Source: an uncultured Verminephrobacter sp.
GTDB lineage: Bacteria > Pseudomonadota > Gammaproteobacteria > Burkholderiales > Burkholderiaceae_C
Assembly: GCA_964466605.1 (NCBI GenBank)
Contig: CAYXSL010000002.1
Span: 2,871-66,870, forward strand
DNA length: 64,000 bases
Direction of reading: 5' to 3'
Made by a program: the position numbers and the translations under genes. The notes beneath the pieces are model-generated. The model saw only the letters and a program-made list of their open reading frames with translations, did not search any database and was not told the origin of the DNA. Shown here in pieces: positions 28,427-37,218 of the stretch; positions within the stretch are counted from its first letter, which is position 1; each line of letters opens with the position of its first letter.

Positions 28427-29058
28427 ATGAAAAGCCTCCACCACACCTGCCACCCCTCCCGGATCGCGCCCTGGTGCCTGGCGCTGGCGTGCATCGCAGG
28501 CACCCTGAACGCCCATGCTGAAGCGCTCATGCGCACCGACGATGCAGGCACGCTGGCCCCGGGCGCGCTGAAACTGGAGGGCACCCTGGGCCGCGACGCC
28601 AGAGCCCGGCCACCCTGCTGCAGGGCCGGGGCTGGGGCGTGAAGTGGGTGCCCATCCAGAACGATGCGGGCTGGTCGCTGGGCGCCCGGGCCGACCTGGG
28701 CCACACCCGCGTGCGCGACGATGCGGCCCCGGCGCACTTTTCCGAACGGGCCTTCACCATCACCGGCCTGGCCACCTACCGGTTTGCCAACGACCAGGCG
28801 CTGCACCTCAATGCAGGCCACCACACCGTCCGCGTGCAGGGCGTGCGCCACCGCGCCGCCACCTGGGCGGTGGGGCATGAGCTGCCGCTCACCGCCCAGC
28901 TGCGCCTCACCTCCGAGGTGTTTGGCGAACAACGATCGCGCCCCGACAAGGCCCTGGGCCTGCGCTACGAGATCACCCAAGGGCTCAAGGCCTCGGTGGC
29001 TGTGGGCCGTGGCAATGGGCGCAACTTCAGCCAGGCGGGCCTGGCCTGGGAGTTCTGA
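28427..29058 (+). pseudogene. Frameshifted and probably internally deleted outer-membrane beta-barrel-like protein
   Basis: Signal peptide + MRTDDAGTL in one frame (stop 28642); amphipathic strands ending AWEF in another; the frame changes near 28600-28610. Confidence 0.6.
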
Positions 29059-29096
29059 CCAGGGGCGTACCACCACCACGGCACAATCGGCGGCCT

Positions 29097-31934
29097 ATGC
29101 CTGCCGCTGGCCACGACCCTGCCCACCCCGCGCCCCCTGATCCGCCCCGCTCAAACCGGAGCGCCCTGATCGCCGCCTGGGCCCGGGCCCTGCGCCAGCG
29201 CGCCGATGCGGCCACGCTGCAGGCGCTGGCCCCGCTGACCGACGCCGAGGCCGCACGCGTGATGGCCCTGCTGCGCGACGGCGCCACGCCCGTCCCTTCT
29301 GACGCCCCCACCGCTTCGCCAGCGCCAGCCCCTGCGGCATCCGGCGTGGTCGCAGGCCAGTTCCGCCCCCGCATCACCCTTATGACCCTGGGCCGGGGCG
29401 AAGGCCTGCTGGGCATGGCGCCCCAAGGCAAGCTGGGGCCGCGCGGCGACAGCGTGACCCTGGCGCAGATCGACTGGACCTACCGCACCGACACCGGCGC
29501 GCAGTGGGAGACCGCCGCGCCCACCTCGGTGCTCAACGCCCGCCCCGCGCCCGTGCAAGACCTGTACGACACCGGCGGCCCCGTGCTGCGCATGCAGCGC
29601 CACCTCGCCGCCGAGGCCGACGCCATGGACCGCGTATGGGACCTGGGCCTGACCCCCGTGGACCCCAAAAGCCTGCAGTGGCGCCACCGCGCGGCCACCG
29701 CCACGCTGGGCCCCGTGTGGACGCTGGCGCAGGAGGCGCAGTTTGGCGACTTCTGGGCCGACCAGGTGCCGCAGCTGCGCGCCGAGGGCTGGAGCGTGGT
29801 GGTGCACCCCGGCTTTGCGCACGAAAGCGTGCCGGTACAGCGCTGGAAGCTGGTCATCGCCCCCGACACCGGCGAGCCGCTGGCCAAAGAGGTGGATGGC
29901 CCCCTGGCCACACGCCAGCGCCCCGTGCAGAAGCTGCAGCTGCCCGAGCGCGAAGGCGCCTGGCTGCTCAGCTTGGGGCTAGAGATCGACGGCGTGGTGC
30001 TGGACCTGGCCCCCATGTTGGCCGACCTGCTGCGCCGCGACGTGCGCTGGCTCAACGCGCGGCAGATGGCGGCCATCGACGACATCGCCATCATCTCGCT
30101 GCGCGCACCCGGTGGGCGGCGCATCGACGCACCCGCCGGGCCGCTCAAGGCCATCGTGGGCACCATGGTGGACCTGCTCACCGACCCCACCCGCAACCAG
30201 CGCAAGGACGGCGACCCGCTGCGCCTGGGCGCCTGGGAGGCTCGCCGCATCGAGGCCCTGCGTGCCGGGCTGGTGCAAGCCCACCGCGTGGGCACCGTCA
30301 GCGGCTGGAGCAACGACTGGCAGCTGCAAGGCGACGTGGGCCTGGCGCAACTCGCCCAGCGCCTGCGCCGCATCGGCACCCCGCAGCCCGTGCCCGCCCC
30401 CAAGGGCCTCCAGGTGCAGCTGCGCCCTTACCAGCTCGACGGCCTGGCCTGGCTGCAGTACCTGCGCGCCCAGGGCCTGGGCGGCATCCTGGCCGATGAC
30501 ATGGGCCTGGGCAAAACCGCGCAGGCGCTGGCCCATGTGCTGACTGAAAAGGAGGCGGGCCGCCTCACCCGCCCAGCCCTGGTCGTGCTGCCCACCTCGC
30601 TGCTCTTCAACTGGCAGGCCGAAGCCGCGCGCATGGCGCCGGGCCTGCGCGTGCTAGCCCTGCATGGCGCCAGCCGGGGCCAGCGCTACCTGCAGATCGC
30701 CGACCATGATCTGGTGCTGACCACCTACCCGCTGCTCTGGCGCGATGTGGATGCGCTCGCGGCCGAGCCCTTTCACCTGCTGATCCTGGACGAAGCCCAG
30801 ATGGTGAAGAACGCTGGCAGCCGCAGCGCCCGCGCCCTGCGCAAGCTGCAGGCCCCGCACCTGCTGTGCCTGACGGGCACGCCGCTTGAAAACCACCTGG
30901 GCGAGCTGTGGGCGCAGTTCGACTTTTTGATGCCCGGCTTTCTGGGAGACATGCGCAGCTTCAACGCTCGCTGGCGCAAGCCCATCGAAGAGAACGGCGA
31001 AACCCTGCGCGCCCAGCTGCTGGCCCAGCGCGTGCGCCCCTTCATCCTGCGCCGCCGCAAAGAGGACGTGGCCACCGAGCTGCCCCCGCGCACCGAGACC
31101 ATCCTGCGCGTACAGCTGCTGGGCAAGCAGCGCGAGCTGTACGAGGCCGTGCGCACCACGGCCGACAAGCAGGTACGCCGCGCGCTGGAGCGCCAGAGCT
31201 TTGATGGTGCGCAGATCACCATCCTGGATGCGCTGCTGAAACTCCGCCAGGTGTGCTGCGACCCGCACCTTGTGAAAGGGGCCAAGGTGCACCCCGGCAC
31301 CGAACGCGCCAAGCTCGAACTGCTGGCCGACATGCTGCCCGCCCTGGTCGAAGAAGGCCGACGCGTGCTGGTGTTCTCGCAGTTCACCGAAATGCTGGCG
31401 CTGGCCGCCGAACAGCTGGACGCGCTGGCCCTGCCCTACCTCACCCTCACCGGCCAGACGCCACCGGGCCAGCGCGGCGCGGTGGTAAAGCGCTTTCAGG
31501 CGCAGGACGCGACCAGCGCGCCGGTCTTGCTGGTGAGCCTCAAGGCCGGCGGCACGGGCCTGAACCTCACGGCCGCCGACACCGTGATCCACCTCGACCC
31601 CTGGTGGAACCCCGCCGTGGAAGAACAAGCCACCGCCCGCGCCCACCGCATCGGGCAGGACCAGCCGGTGTTCGTCTACAAGCTGGTGGTGGAAGGCAGC
31701 ATCGAAGAGCGCATGCTGGAGCTGCAGGCGCGCAAGGCCGCCCTGGCCAGCGGCGTGCTGGGCCACGACGCGGCCGGTGCGCTCAAGTTCAGCGAGGCCG
31801 ATCTGCAAGCCCTGTTGGCGCCACAGGCCGAGCCTGCCGACAACCCGCTCGCCATCCCGGGCGAGGATGCGCGCCGCTGGGGTGGCACTGGAAAACGCCG
31901 CGCCCGCCCGATGCAGCCGCCAGAATATGAATAA
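29097..31934 (+). CDS. SNF2-family (DEAH) helicase/ATPase
   Basis: LRPYQ, LADDMGLGKT, LDEAQ, LTGTPLEN, VLVFSQF, LKAGGTGLNLT, QATARAHRIGQ. Confidence 0.93.
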   Translation: MPAAGHDPAHPAPPDPPRSNRSALIAAWARALRQRADAATLQALAPLTDAEAARVMALLRDGATPVPSDAPTASPAPAPAASGVVAGQFRPRITLMTLGRGEGLLGMAPQGKLGPRGDSVTLAQIDWTYRTDTGAQWETAAPTSVLNARPAPVQDLYDTGGPVLRMQRHLAAEADAMDRVWDLGLTPVDPKSLQWRHRAATATLGPVWTLAQEAQFGDFWADQVPQLRAEGWSVVVHPGFAHESVPVQRWKLVIAPDTGEPLAKEVDGPLATRQRPVQKLQLPEREGAWLLSLGLEIDGVVLDLAPMLADLLRRDVRWLNARQMAAIDDIAIISLRAPGGRRIDAPAGPLKAIVGTMVDLLTDPTRNQRKDGDPLRLGAWEARRIEALRAGLVQAHRVGTVSGWSNDWQLQGDVGLAQLAQRLRRIGTPQPVPAPKGLQVQLRPYQLDGLAWLQYLRAQGLGGILADDMGLGKTAQALAHVLTEKEAGRLTRPALVVLPTSLLFNWQAEAARMAPGLRVLALHGASRGQRYLQIADHDLVLTTYPLLWRDVDALAAEPFHLLILDEAQMVKNAGSRSARALRKLQAPHLLCLTGTPLENHLGELWAQFDFLMPGFLGDMRSFNARWRKPIEENGETLRAQLLAQRVRPFILRRRKEDVATELPPRTETILRVQLLGKQRELYEAVRTTADKQVRRALERQSFDGAQITILDALLKLRQVCCDPHLVKGAKVHPGTERAKLELLADMLPALVEEGRRVLVFSQFTEMLALAAEQLDALALPYLTLTGQTPPGQRGAVVKRFQAQDATSAPVLLVSLKAGGTGLNLTAADTVIHLDPWWNPAVEEQATARAHRIGQDQPVFVYKLVVEGSIEERMLELQARKAALASGVLGHDAAGALKFSEADLQALLAPQAEPADNPLAIPGEDARRWGGTGKRRARPMQPPEYE

Positions 31935-31987
31935 AAATGGCTTCTACCGCCTGATGGATAAGCCTTTCTAGCTATCAAAAAAGTAGT
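31929..31987 (-). repeat. Dispersed ~65-bp repeat, copy d (supplies the SNF2 stop codon)
   Basis: AATAAAAATGGCTTCTACCGCCTGATGGATAAGCCTTTCTA + GCTATCAAAAAAGTAGT core. Confidence 0.8.
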
Positions 31988-32046
31988 ATTTCATAACAAT
32001 CGGCGATAAACGGAGGCAACCGTCTGTGCAGCCGCCCCAGGTGCAG

Positions 32047-32059
32047 AATTCAAAAGCAA
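32047..32059 (+). promoter_or_regulatory. Candidate Ada box
   Basis: AAT-TCAAAA-GCAA matches the AAT-N6-GCAA A/B-box spacing of the E. coli ada promoter; about 100 nt upstream of ada. Confidence 0.5.
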
Positions 32060-32161
32060 GCTTCGGAGTGCGCCCGGTACGTCCCGTTTCTACAGTGAGG
32101 GCATCGCAACGCCAGCTGTTCGCACCCCGTGTGTGAACAGGTTCTTTTCGGAGCCCTCACC

Positions 32162-33346
32162 ATGCAAGTCTTCGCCGCCGCAAATTCCTCAACGCCCCCA
32201 CTGCCCATGCCCACCCGCCCGGCACCTCGCCGCACCCAGGCAGCGCAACAAGCCGCCGCCACCCAGGCCGACCCGCGCTGGGCGGCGGTGCTGGCGCGCA
32301 GTGCGGCGGCAGACGGCAGCTTCTGGTACTCGGTGTTGTCCACGGGTGTGTACTGCCGCCCCAGTTGCGCGGCGCGCACGCCCCGGCCCGAGAACGTGCG
32401 CTTCCACGCCAGCTGCGCCGATGCCGAAGCCGCAGGCTTTCGCCCCTGCCAGCGCTGCAAGCCGCAGCAGCCCTCCGCACAATCGCACCATGCCGAATGG
32501 GTCACGCAGGCCTGCCGCTTCATCGAAGCCGATGCGGCCGAGGGCCGCGCCCCCACTCTCGATGCGCTGGCCGCCCGGCTGGGGCTGAGCAGCTCGCACC
32601 TGCACCGCATCTTCAAGCAGGCCACGGGCCTCACGCCCAAGGCCTACGCCGCCGCGCAGCGCGAGCAGCGCGTGCGCAGCGCACTGGGGCAAGCCGCTGA
32701 TTCGGTGACCGAGGCTATCTACGAAGCGGGCTACCAGTCCAGCAGCCGCTTTTACGAAAAATCGGCCCAGGTGCTGGGCATGACCCCCACACGCTACCGC
32801 GCAGGCGGCGCGGCGCAGCGCATCCACTTTGCCGTGGCGCAATGCTCGCTGGGCGCCCTCCTGGTGGCGCACAGCGGCCGGGGTTTGTGCGCCATCCTGC
32901 TCGGCGACGACCCGGATGTGCTGGTGCGCGACCTGCAGGACCGGTTTGCCCAGGCCCAACTGGTGGGCGGCGATGCCGGTTTTGAATTGCTGGTGGCCCA
33001 GGTCGTGGCTTTTGTCGAGGCGCCAGGGCGGGGGCTGGATTTGCCGCTGGATGTGCGGGGCACGGCCTTCCAGCAGCGCGTGTGGCAGGCGTTGCGCACC
33101 ATTCCGGTGGGGCAGACCGCGAGTTATGCCGAGATTGCAGCGCGCATCGGCGCCCCCGCCGCCACCCGCGCCGTGGCCCAGGCCTGCGGCGCCAACGCGC
33201 TGGCCGTGGCCATCCCCTGCCACCGGGTGGTGAGGAGCGACGGCGCGCTCTCGGGCTACCGCTGGGGGGTGGAGCGCAAGCGTGCGCTGCTGGAACGCGA
33301 GTCCGGCGCCGCCGCACCCGCGCGCCTGCAGGAGAAGGCCGCATGA
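32162..33346 (+). CDS. ada: Bifunctional transcriptional activator / O6-methylguanine-DNA methyltransferase
   Basis: TGVYCRPSC, RPCQRC, AraC HTH, GTAFQQRVW, IPCHRV; start could also be 32207. Confidence 0.93.
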   Translation: MQVFAAANSSTPPLPMPTRPAPRRTQAAQQAAATQADPRWAAVLARSAAADGSFWYSVLSTGVYCRPSCAARTPRPENVRFHASCADAEAAGFRPCQRCKPQQPSAQSHHAEWVTQACRFIEADAAEGRAPTLDALAARLGLSSSHLHRIFKQATGLTPKAYAAAQREQRVRSALGQAADSVTEAIYEAGYQSSSRFYEKSAQVLGMTPTRYRAGGAAQRIHFAVAQCSLGALLVAHSGRGLCAILLGDDPDVLVRDLQDRFAQAQLVGGDAGFELLVAQVVAFVEAPGRGLDLPLDVRGTAFQQRVWQALRTIPVGQTASYAEIAARIGAPAATRAVAQACGANALAVAIPCHRVVRSDGALSGYRWGVERKRALLERESGAAAPARLQEKAA

Positions 33347-34101
33347 GTGGCCTGGGCGCCCTACCCCACAGCACACCCCAGGCCACCAGCCCCTGGCCCG
33401 AGCGTGTGGCCGCGCTCGACTGGGCCCAGGCCACCGACGACCTGCACACCCAGGGCCACGCGGTGTTGCAGCAATTGCTGAGCGCTGAGGAATGCACGGC
33501 CCTCGCCGGGCTCTACCGCCACGCTGGCCCACCCCTGTTCCGCAGCCGCGTGGTCATGCAGCGCCACGGCTTTGGCCTGGGCGAGTACCAGTATTTCGGC
33601 TACCCGCTGCCGGACATGGTGGCCGGGCTGCGCGATGCGCTCTACCCGCACCTGCAGCCCATCGCCAACCACTGGAACGCCGCCATGGGCATTGACGTGC
33701 GCTACCCCGCGCAACAGGCCGACTTCCTCGCCCGGTGCCACGCGGCTGGGCAACTGCGCCCCACGCCGCTGCTGCTGCAGTACGCGCCGGGCGACTACAA
33801 CTGCCTGCACCAGGATTTGTATGGCGAGCATGTGTTCCCGCTGCAGGTGGCCATCCTGCTGTCGGAGCCCGGCCGCGACTTCACCGGCGGCGAATTCGTG
33901 TTGACCGAACAACGCCCCCGCATGCAGTCGCGCGCCGAAGTGGTGCCCCTGCGGCGCGGCGACGCCGTGGCGTTTGCCGTGCACCACCGCCCGGTGCAAG
34001 GCACACGCGGCACCTACCGCGTGAACCTGCGCCACGGGGTAAGCCGCGTGCGGTCTGGGCAGCGCCACACCATGGGCATCATCTTTCACGACGCTGAGTA
34101 G
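33343..34101 (+). CDS. 2OG-Fe(II) oxygenase (DUF2086/Oxygenase-NA type)
   Basis: GEYQYF, RPTPLLLQY, LHQDLYGEHVFPLQ (HxD), LRHGVSRVRSG; ATGA overlap with ada. Confidence 0.85.
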   Translation: MSGLGALPHSTPQATSPWPERVAALDWAQATDDLHTQGHAVLQQLLSAEECTALAGLYRHAGPPLFRSRVVMQRHGFGLGEYQYFGYPLPDMVAGLRDALYPHLQPIANHWNAAMGIDVRYPAQQADFLARCHAAGQLRPTPLLLQYAPGDYNCLHQDLYGEHVFPLQVAILLSEPGRDFTGGEFVLTEQRPRMQSRAEVVPLRRGDAVAFAVHHRPVQGTRGTYRVNLRHGVSRVRSGQRHTMGIIFHDAE

Positions 34102-34107
34102 GTGGCG

Positions 34108-34764
34108 ATGACCCTCGGCCTGTTTGACGACCTGCCCGCCACCCCTCAGGCCCCCGAGTGGCTGGAGCCGGGTGCGGTCGTGCTGCGGGGCTTTGCCCTG
34201 CCGCAAGCGGCCGAGCTGCTGCAGGCCGTCGATGCCATCACGGCCCAGGCGCCCTTCAGGCACCTCGTCACCCCCGGCGGGCAGCGCATGTCGGTGGCCA
34301 TGAGCAACACCGGCACGCTGGGCTGGATCAGCGACCGCAGCGGCTACCGTTACGGCCCCGCCGACCCCACCACCGGCCTGCCCTGGCCGCCCATGCCTGC
34401 GCTGTTTCGCCAACTGGCCCGGGACGCAGCCGAAGCGGCGGGCTACCCCGGCTTTGCACCCGACGCCTGCCTCATCAACCGCTACGCACCCGGCACGCGG
34501 CTGTCGCTGCACCAGGACCGCGACGAAGGCAACTACGACCACCCCATCGTGTCTGTGTCCCTGGGCGTCCCGGCCATCTTCCTGTGGGGCGGCGCGCTGC
34601 GCGCCCACAAGGCCCGGCGTGTGGGCCTGTGGCATGGCGACGTGGTGGTGTGGGGCGGCCCGGCGCGGCTGCGCTTTCATGGGGTGGCGCCGCTGGCCGA
34701 CGCCAGCCATGCGATGACGGGCGGGTTGCGCATCAACCTCACGTTTCGCAAGGCATCAGGCTGA
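34108..34764 (+). CDS. alkB: DNA oxidative demethylase AlkB
   Basis: TPGGQRMSVAM, GWISDRSGYRY, PDACLINRY, LHQDRDE, FHGV, RINLTFR. Confidence 0.93.
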   Translation: MTLGLFDDLPATPQAPEWLEPGAVVLRGFALPQAAELLQAVDAITAQAPFRHLVTPGGQRMSVAMSNTGTLGWISDRSGYRYGPADPTTGLPWPPMPALFRQLARDAAEAAGYPGFAPDACLINRYAPGTRLSLHQDRDEGNYDHPIVSVSLGVPAIFLWGGALRAHKARRVGLWHGDVVVWGGPARLRFHGVAPLADASHAMTGGLRINLTFRKASG

Positions 34765-34783
34765 TCGCCACCGCCGGCCGGGC

Positions 34784-35848
34784 TCAGCGAATGGGGTAAC
34801 CCGTGGCGCTGCCGATGGCTGCGAGCATCCGGTCGGCGTCCTTGCGCCCCTGCAGGTCCTGCGCCACGGTGATCTTCTTGCCACTGCGCAGCTCGGCCTC
34901 GATGCGGTAGTACACGTCGCGGCGGTTGTTGCTCTCCACCGCGTAGCTCTCCGCCACACGCAGCCGGGCGATTTCGGGGCCGGGCACTTGGTGCCACTGC
35001 AGCATCAGGCCCAGCAGGCGCCGCTCGGTGCGCAGGCCCTCGTGGTCGATCTGTACGCGCAGGCTGTTGGCCAGCGCATAAAACGCGGCCATCAGCAACG
35101 CCCCCCCCACACCGCCAAACCCCAGGCGAAAAAGCCAGGGCGCAATGTCGGACTGGGCTTCCTGCTCCCAGGGCACGAGCGCGCCCACGGTCAGAAACAG
35201 CGCCCCCACCAGCCCCAGCGCCAGCTTGAATCCCCACCACCGCCCGGCCGGGAAGTGCATCTGCACCCCGCCGGGGATTTTTTCGAGCTTGCCGGGTGTG
35301 CCTGCTGCGGCGGTGTTGCGCCGCGCCTGTGGTGGTTTGAGCGGCTTGCCCCCGCGCAGCACAAACACCAGCAAACCCACGCCCGCACCGCCAAACACCA
35401 CTACAAACACCATCTTGAAGGCGAGCAGCCCGGGCCGCAGGCTGCGGTCGATCACGGCATCGGCCGGTCGCGAGGGGTTGACCCAGACCCGCACCGGTTG
35501 CCCGGCACGCAGCGCCTGCTCCAGCCGCTCGCCCAGCGCCTCCTGAAAGTCGCCCACGTTGTCGCCACCACCGCTGATGGCCACACGTTCGCCCTCGTAC
35601 ACCCGGCCCGCCACCTCGTAGCGGTAGCGCGCCGTCACGTGGTACGAAGTGGATTTGCTGCTGCGGCTGCTGTTCAGGCTGGCGGCCAGCAGGGTGGCGT
35701 TGACCGGCTGCCAGAACTGCATGCGCGACCAGTCGTACAGCGTGGGCAACACGCTCAGCAGCAGCATGCCCACGCCCACGGCAGCAAAAGGCAGGGCAAA
35801 CAAGCCCATTACCCAAAGGCCCGGCTGTTTCTTGCCCGGTTTGTCCAT
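34784..35848 (-). CDS. DUF3592-type membrane protein
   Basis: TM helix, WQPVNATLL...ARYRYEVAGRVYEG...VRVWVNPSRPADAV, further TM helices. Confidence 0.75.
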   Translation of the reverse strand: MDKPGKKQPGLWVMGLFALPFAAVGVGMLLLSVLPTLYDWSRMQFWQPVNATLLAASLNSSRSSKSTSYHVTARYRYEVAGRVYEGERVAISGGGDNVGDFQEALGERLEQALRAGQPVRVWVNPSRPADAVIDRSLRPGLLAFKMVFVVVFGGAGVGLLVFVLRGGKPLKPPQARRNTAAAGTPGKLEKIPGGVQMHFPAGRWWGFKLALGLVGALFLTVGALVPWEQEAQSDIAPWLFRLGFGGVGGALLMAAFYALANSLRVQIDHEGLRTERRLLGLMLQWHQVPGPEIARLRVAESYAVESNNRRDVYYRIEAELRSGKKITVAQDLQGRKDADRMLAAIGSATGYPIR

Positions 35849-35952
35849 CGCTCTCTCCCGCACCGCACTGCGGCGGCTGGGGTGATTTTGCGGGCAAAGG
35901 CAGGTTTTGCGTTGATTCCTGTGCTTGCCCGGCGCCTCAGCGCTTCCGTGCT

Positions 35953-36336
35953 TCAGCGCTCAATCACGTCATTGTTGTTGCCATTGCGCGTGATGCGCGA
36001 CTTGAACCCCACGGGCACATAGACGGTGTTGCCGCTGCCGTCCAGCTCGATGCGCTCCACCGTGGCGGCCTTGAGCACAAAAATGCGGTTGTTCATGCCC
36101 GCCACGATCAGCCGCGCCACCGTGTTGCCCGCGGCCACCGTCACGTCGTTGCGCGCGCCGGTCACCTCCAGGTCGTAGATGCCGGTCTTGTCGATGGTTT
36201 TGTCCATGCTGATGCCGTCCACGGTGACCACATGCCCGTCGTCCGAGCTACCGCCGCAGGCCGACAGAATGGACACGACCAAGGCGTACACCAGGTTGCG
36301 TGGCGAAAACAGGGTGATGGCGTTTTGCAGATTCAT
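35953..36336 (-). CDS. Small lipoprotein with beta-helix-like repeats (hypothetical)
   Basis: Lipobox LSAC-GG; repeats of type VTGARNDV, VAGMNNRI, LDGSGNTV, RNGNNNDV. Confidence 0.7.
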   Translation of the reverse strand: MNLQNAITLFSPRNLVYALVVSILSACGGSSDDGHVVTVDGISMDKTIDKTGIYDLEVTGARNDVTVAAGNTVARLIVAGMNNRIFVLKAATVERIELDGSGNTVYVPVGFKSRITRNGNNNDVIER

Positions 36337-36534
36337 ACGGAAACCCCCGGCCGGGGGTGAAAGAAACAAAGAAGCCCGCAGTCTGCAAAGAACCGCATGA
36401 AGCCCCCATGAAGCCGCCGCCGCGCCGGACGCCCCAGATGAAGCTTTCATGAACACCCGCTGCGCACGCCCCCCGGGGCACCACTGCCCGCTCCTAGAAT
36501 CGCCGCCACCGCCCCACTCCTCACACCCTGTCGC

Positions 36535-37218
36535 ATGGCCAGCATCCTTCTTGTGGAAGACGACCTCCCCCTGGGCAATTCGCTGCAGCGCGTGCTCACC
36601 GTGGCGGGCCACCATGTGGTGTGGCTGCGCACCAGCGCCGATGCGCGCCGGTTTCTGCAAGACCAGCCCTTTGCCCTGGTGCTGCTGGACATCGGCTTGC
36701 CGGACGAGACGGGGCTGGACTTGCTCGCCTGGCTGCGCGCCCAGGGGCAGGCCACGCCGGTGATGCTGCTCACCGCCCGCGACAGCGTGGGCGAGCGCGT
36801 GCTGGGCCTGGACGCCGGGGCCGACGACTACCTGGGCAAACCGTTTGCCATCGAAGAGTTGCTGTCGCGCGTGCGGGCCCTGCTGCGGCGCCACAGCGGG
36901 CAGACCAGCAGCGTGTGGCAGATCGGGCCGCTGAGCATCCACACCGCGCGGCGCAGGGTGCAGGTGCATGGGCAGGATGTGCACCTCTCGGCCCGCGAAT
37001 ACGACATCCTGCGCGCACTGGCCGAAGACCCAGGCCGCGTGCTCACCCGCGCGCAGATCGAGGCCAGCTCCAGCCCTGCCGACACGCTGGACAGCAACGC
37101 CACCGACGTGCATGTCTACAAACTGCGGCGCAAGCTGGGCAACCACCTCATCAGCACCGTGCGCGGCGTGGGCTATGTGCTGGAGGCGCCCACACCCGCC
37201 ATGGACCCGGCGCCATGA
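36535..37218 (+). CDS. OmpR-family response regulator (QseB/PmrA-like)
   Basis: ILLVEDD, LLDIGLPD, LTARD, GADDYLGKPF, TVRGVGY. Confidence 0.93.
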   Translation: MASILLVEDDLPLGNSLQRVLTVAGHHVVWLRTSADARRFLQDQPFALVLLDIGLPDETGLDLLAWLRAQGQATPVMLLTARDSVGERVLGLDAGADDYLGKPFAIEELLSRVRALLRRHSGQTSSVWQIGPLSIHTARRRVQVHGQDVHLSAREYDILRALAEDPGRVLTRAQIEASSSPADTLDSNATDVHVYKLRRKLGNHLISTVRGVGYVLEAPTPAMDPAP

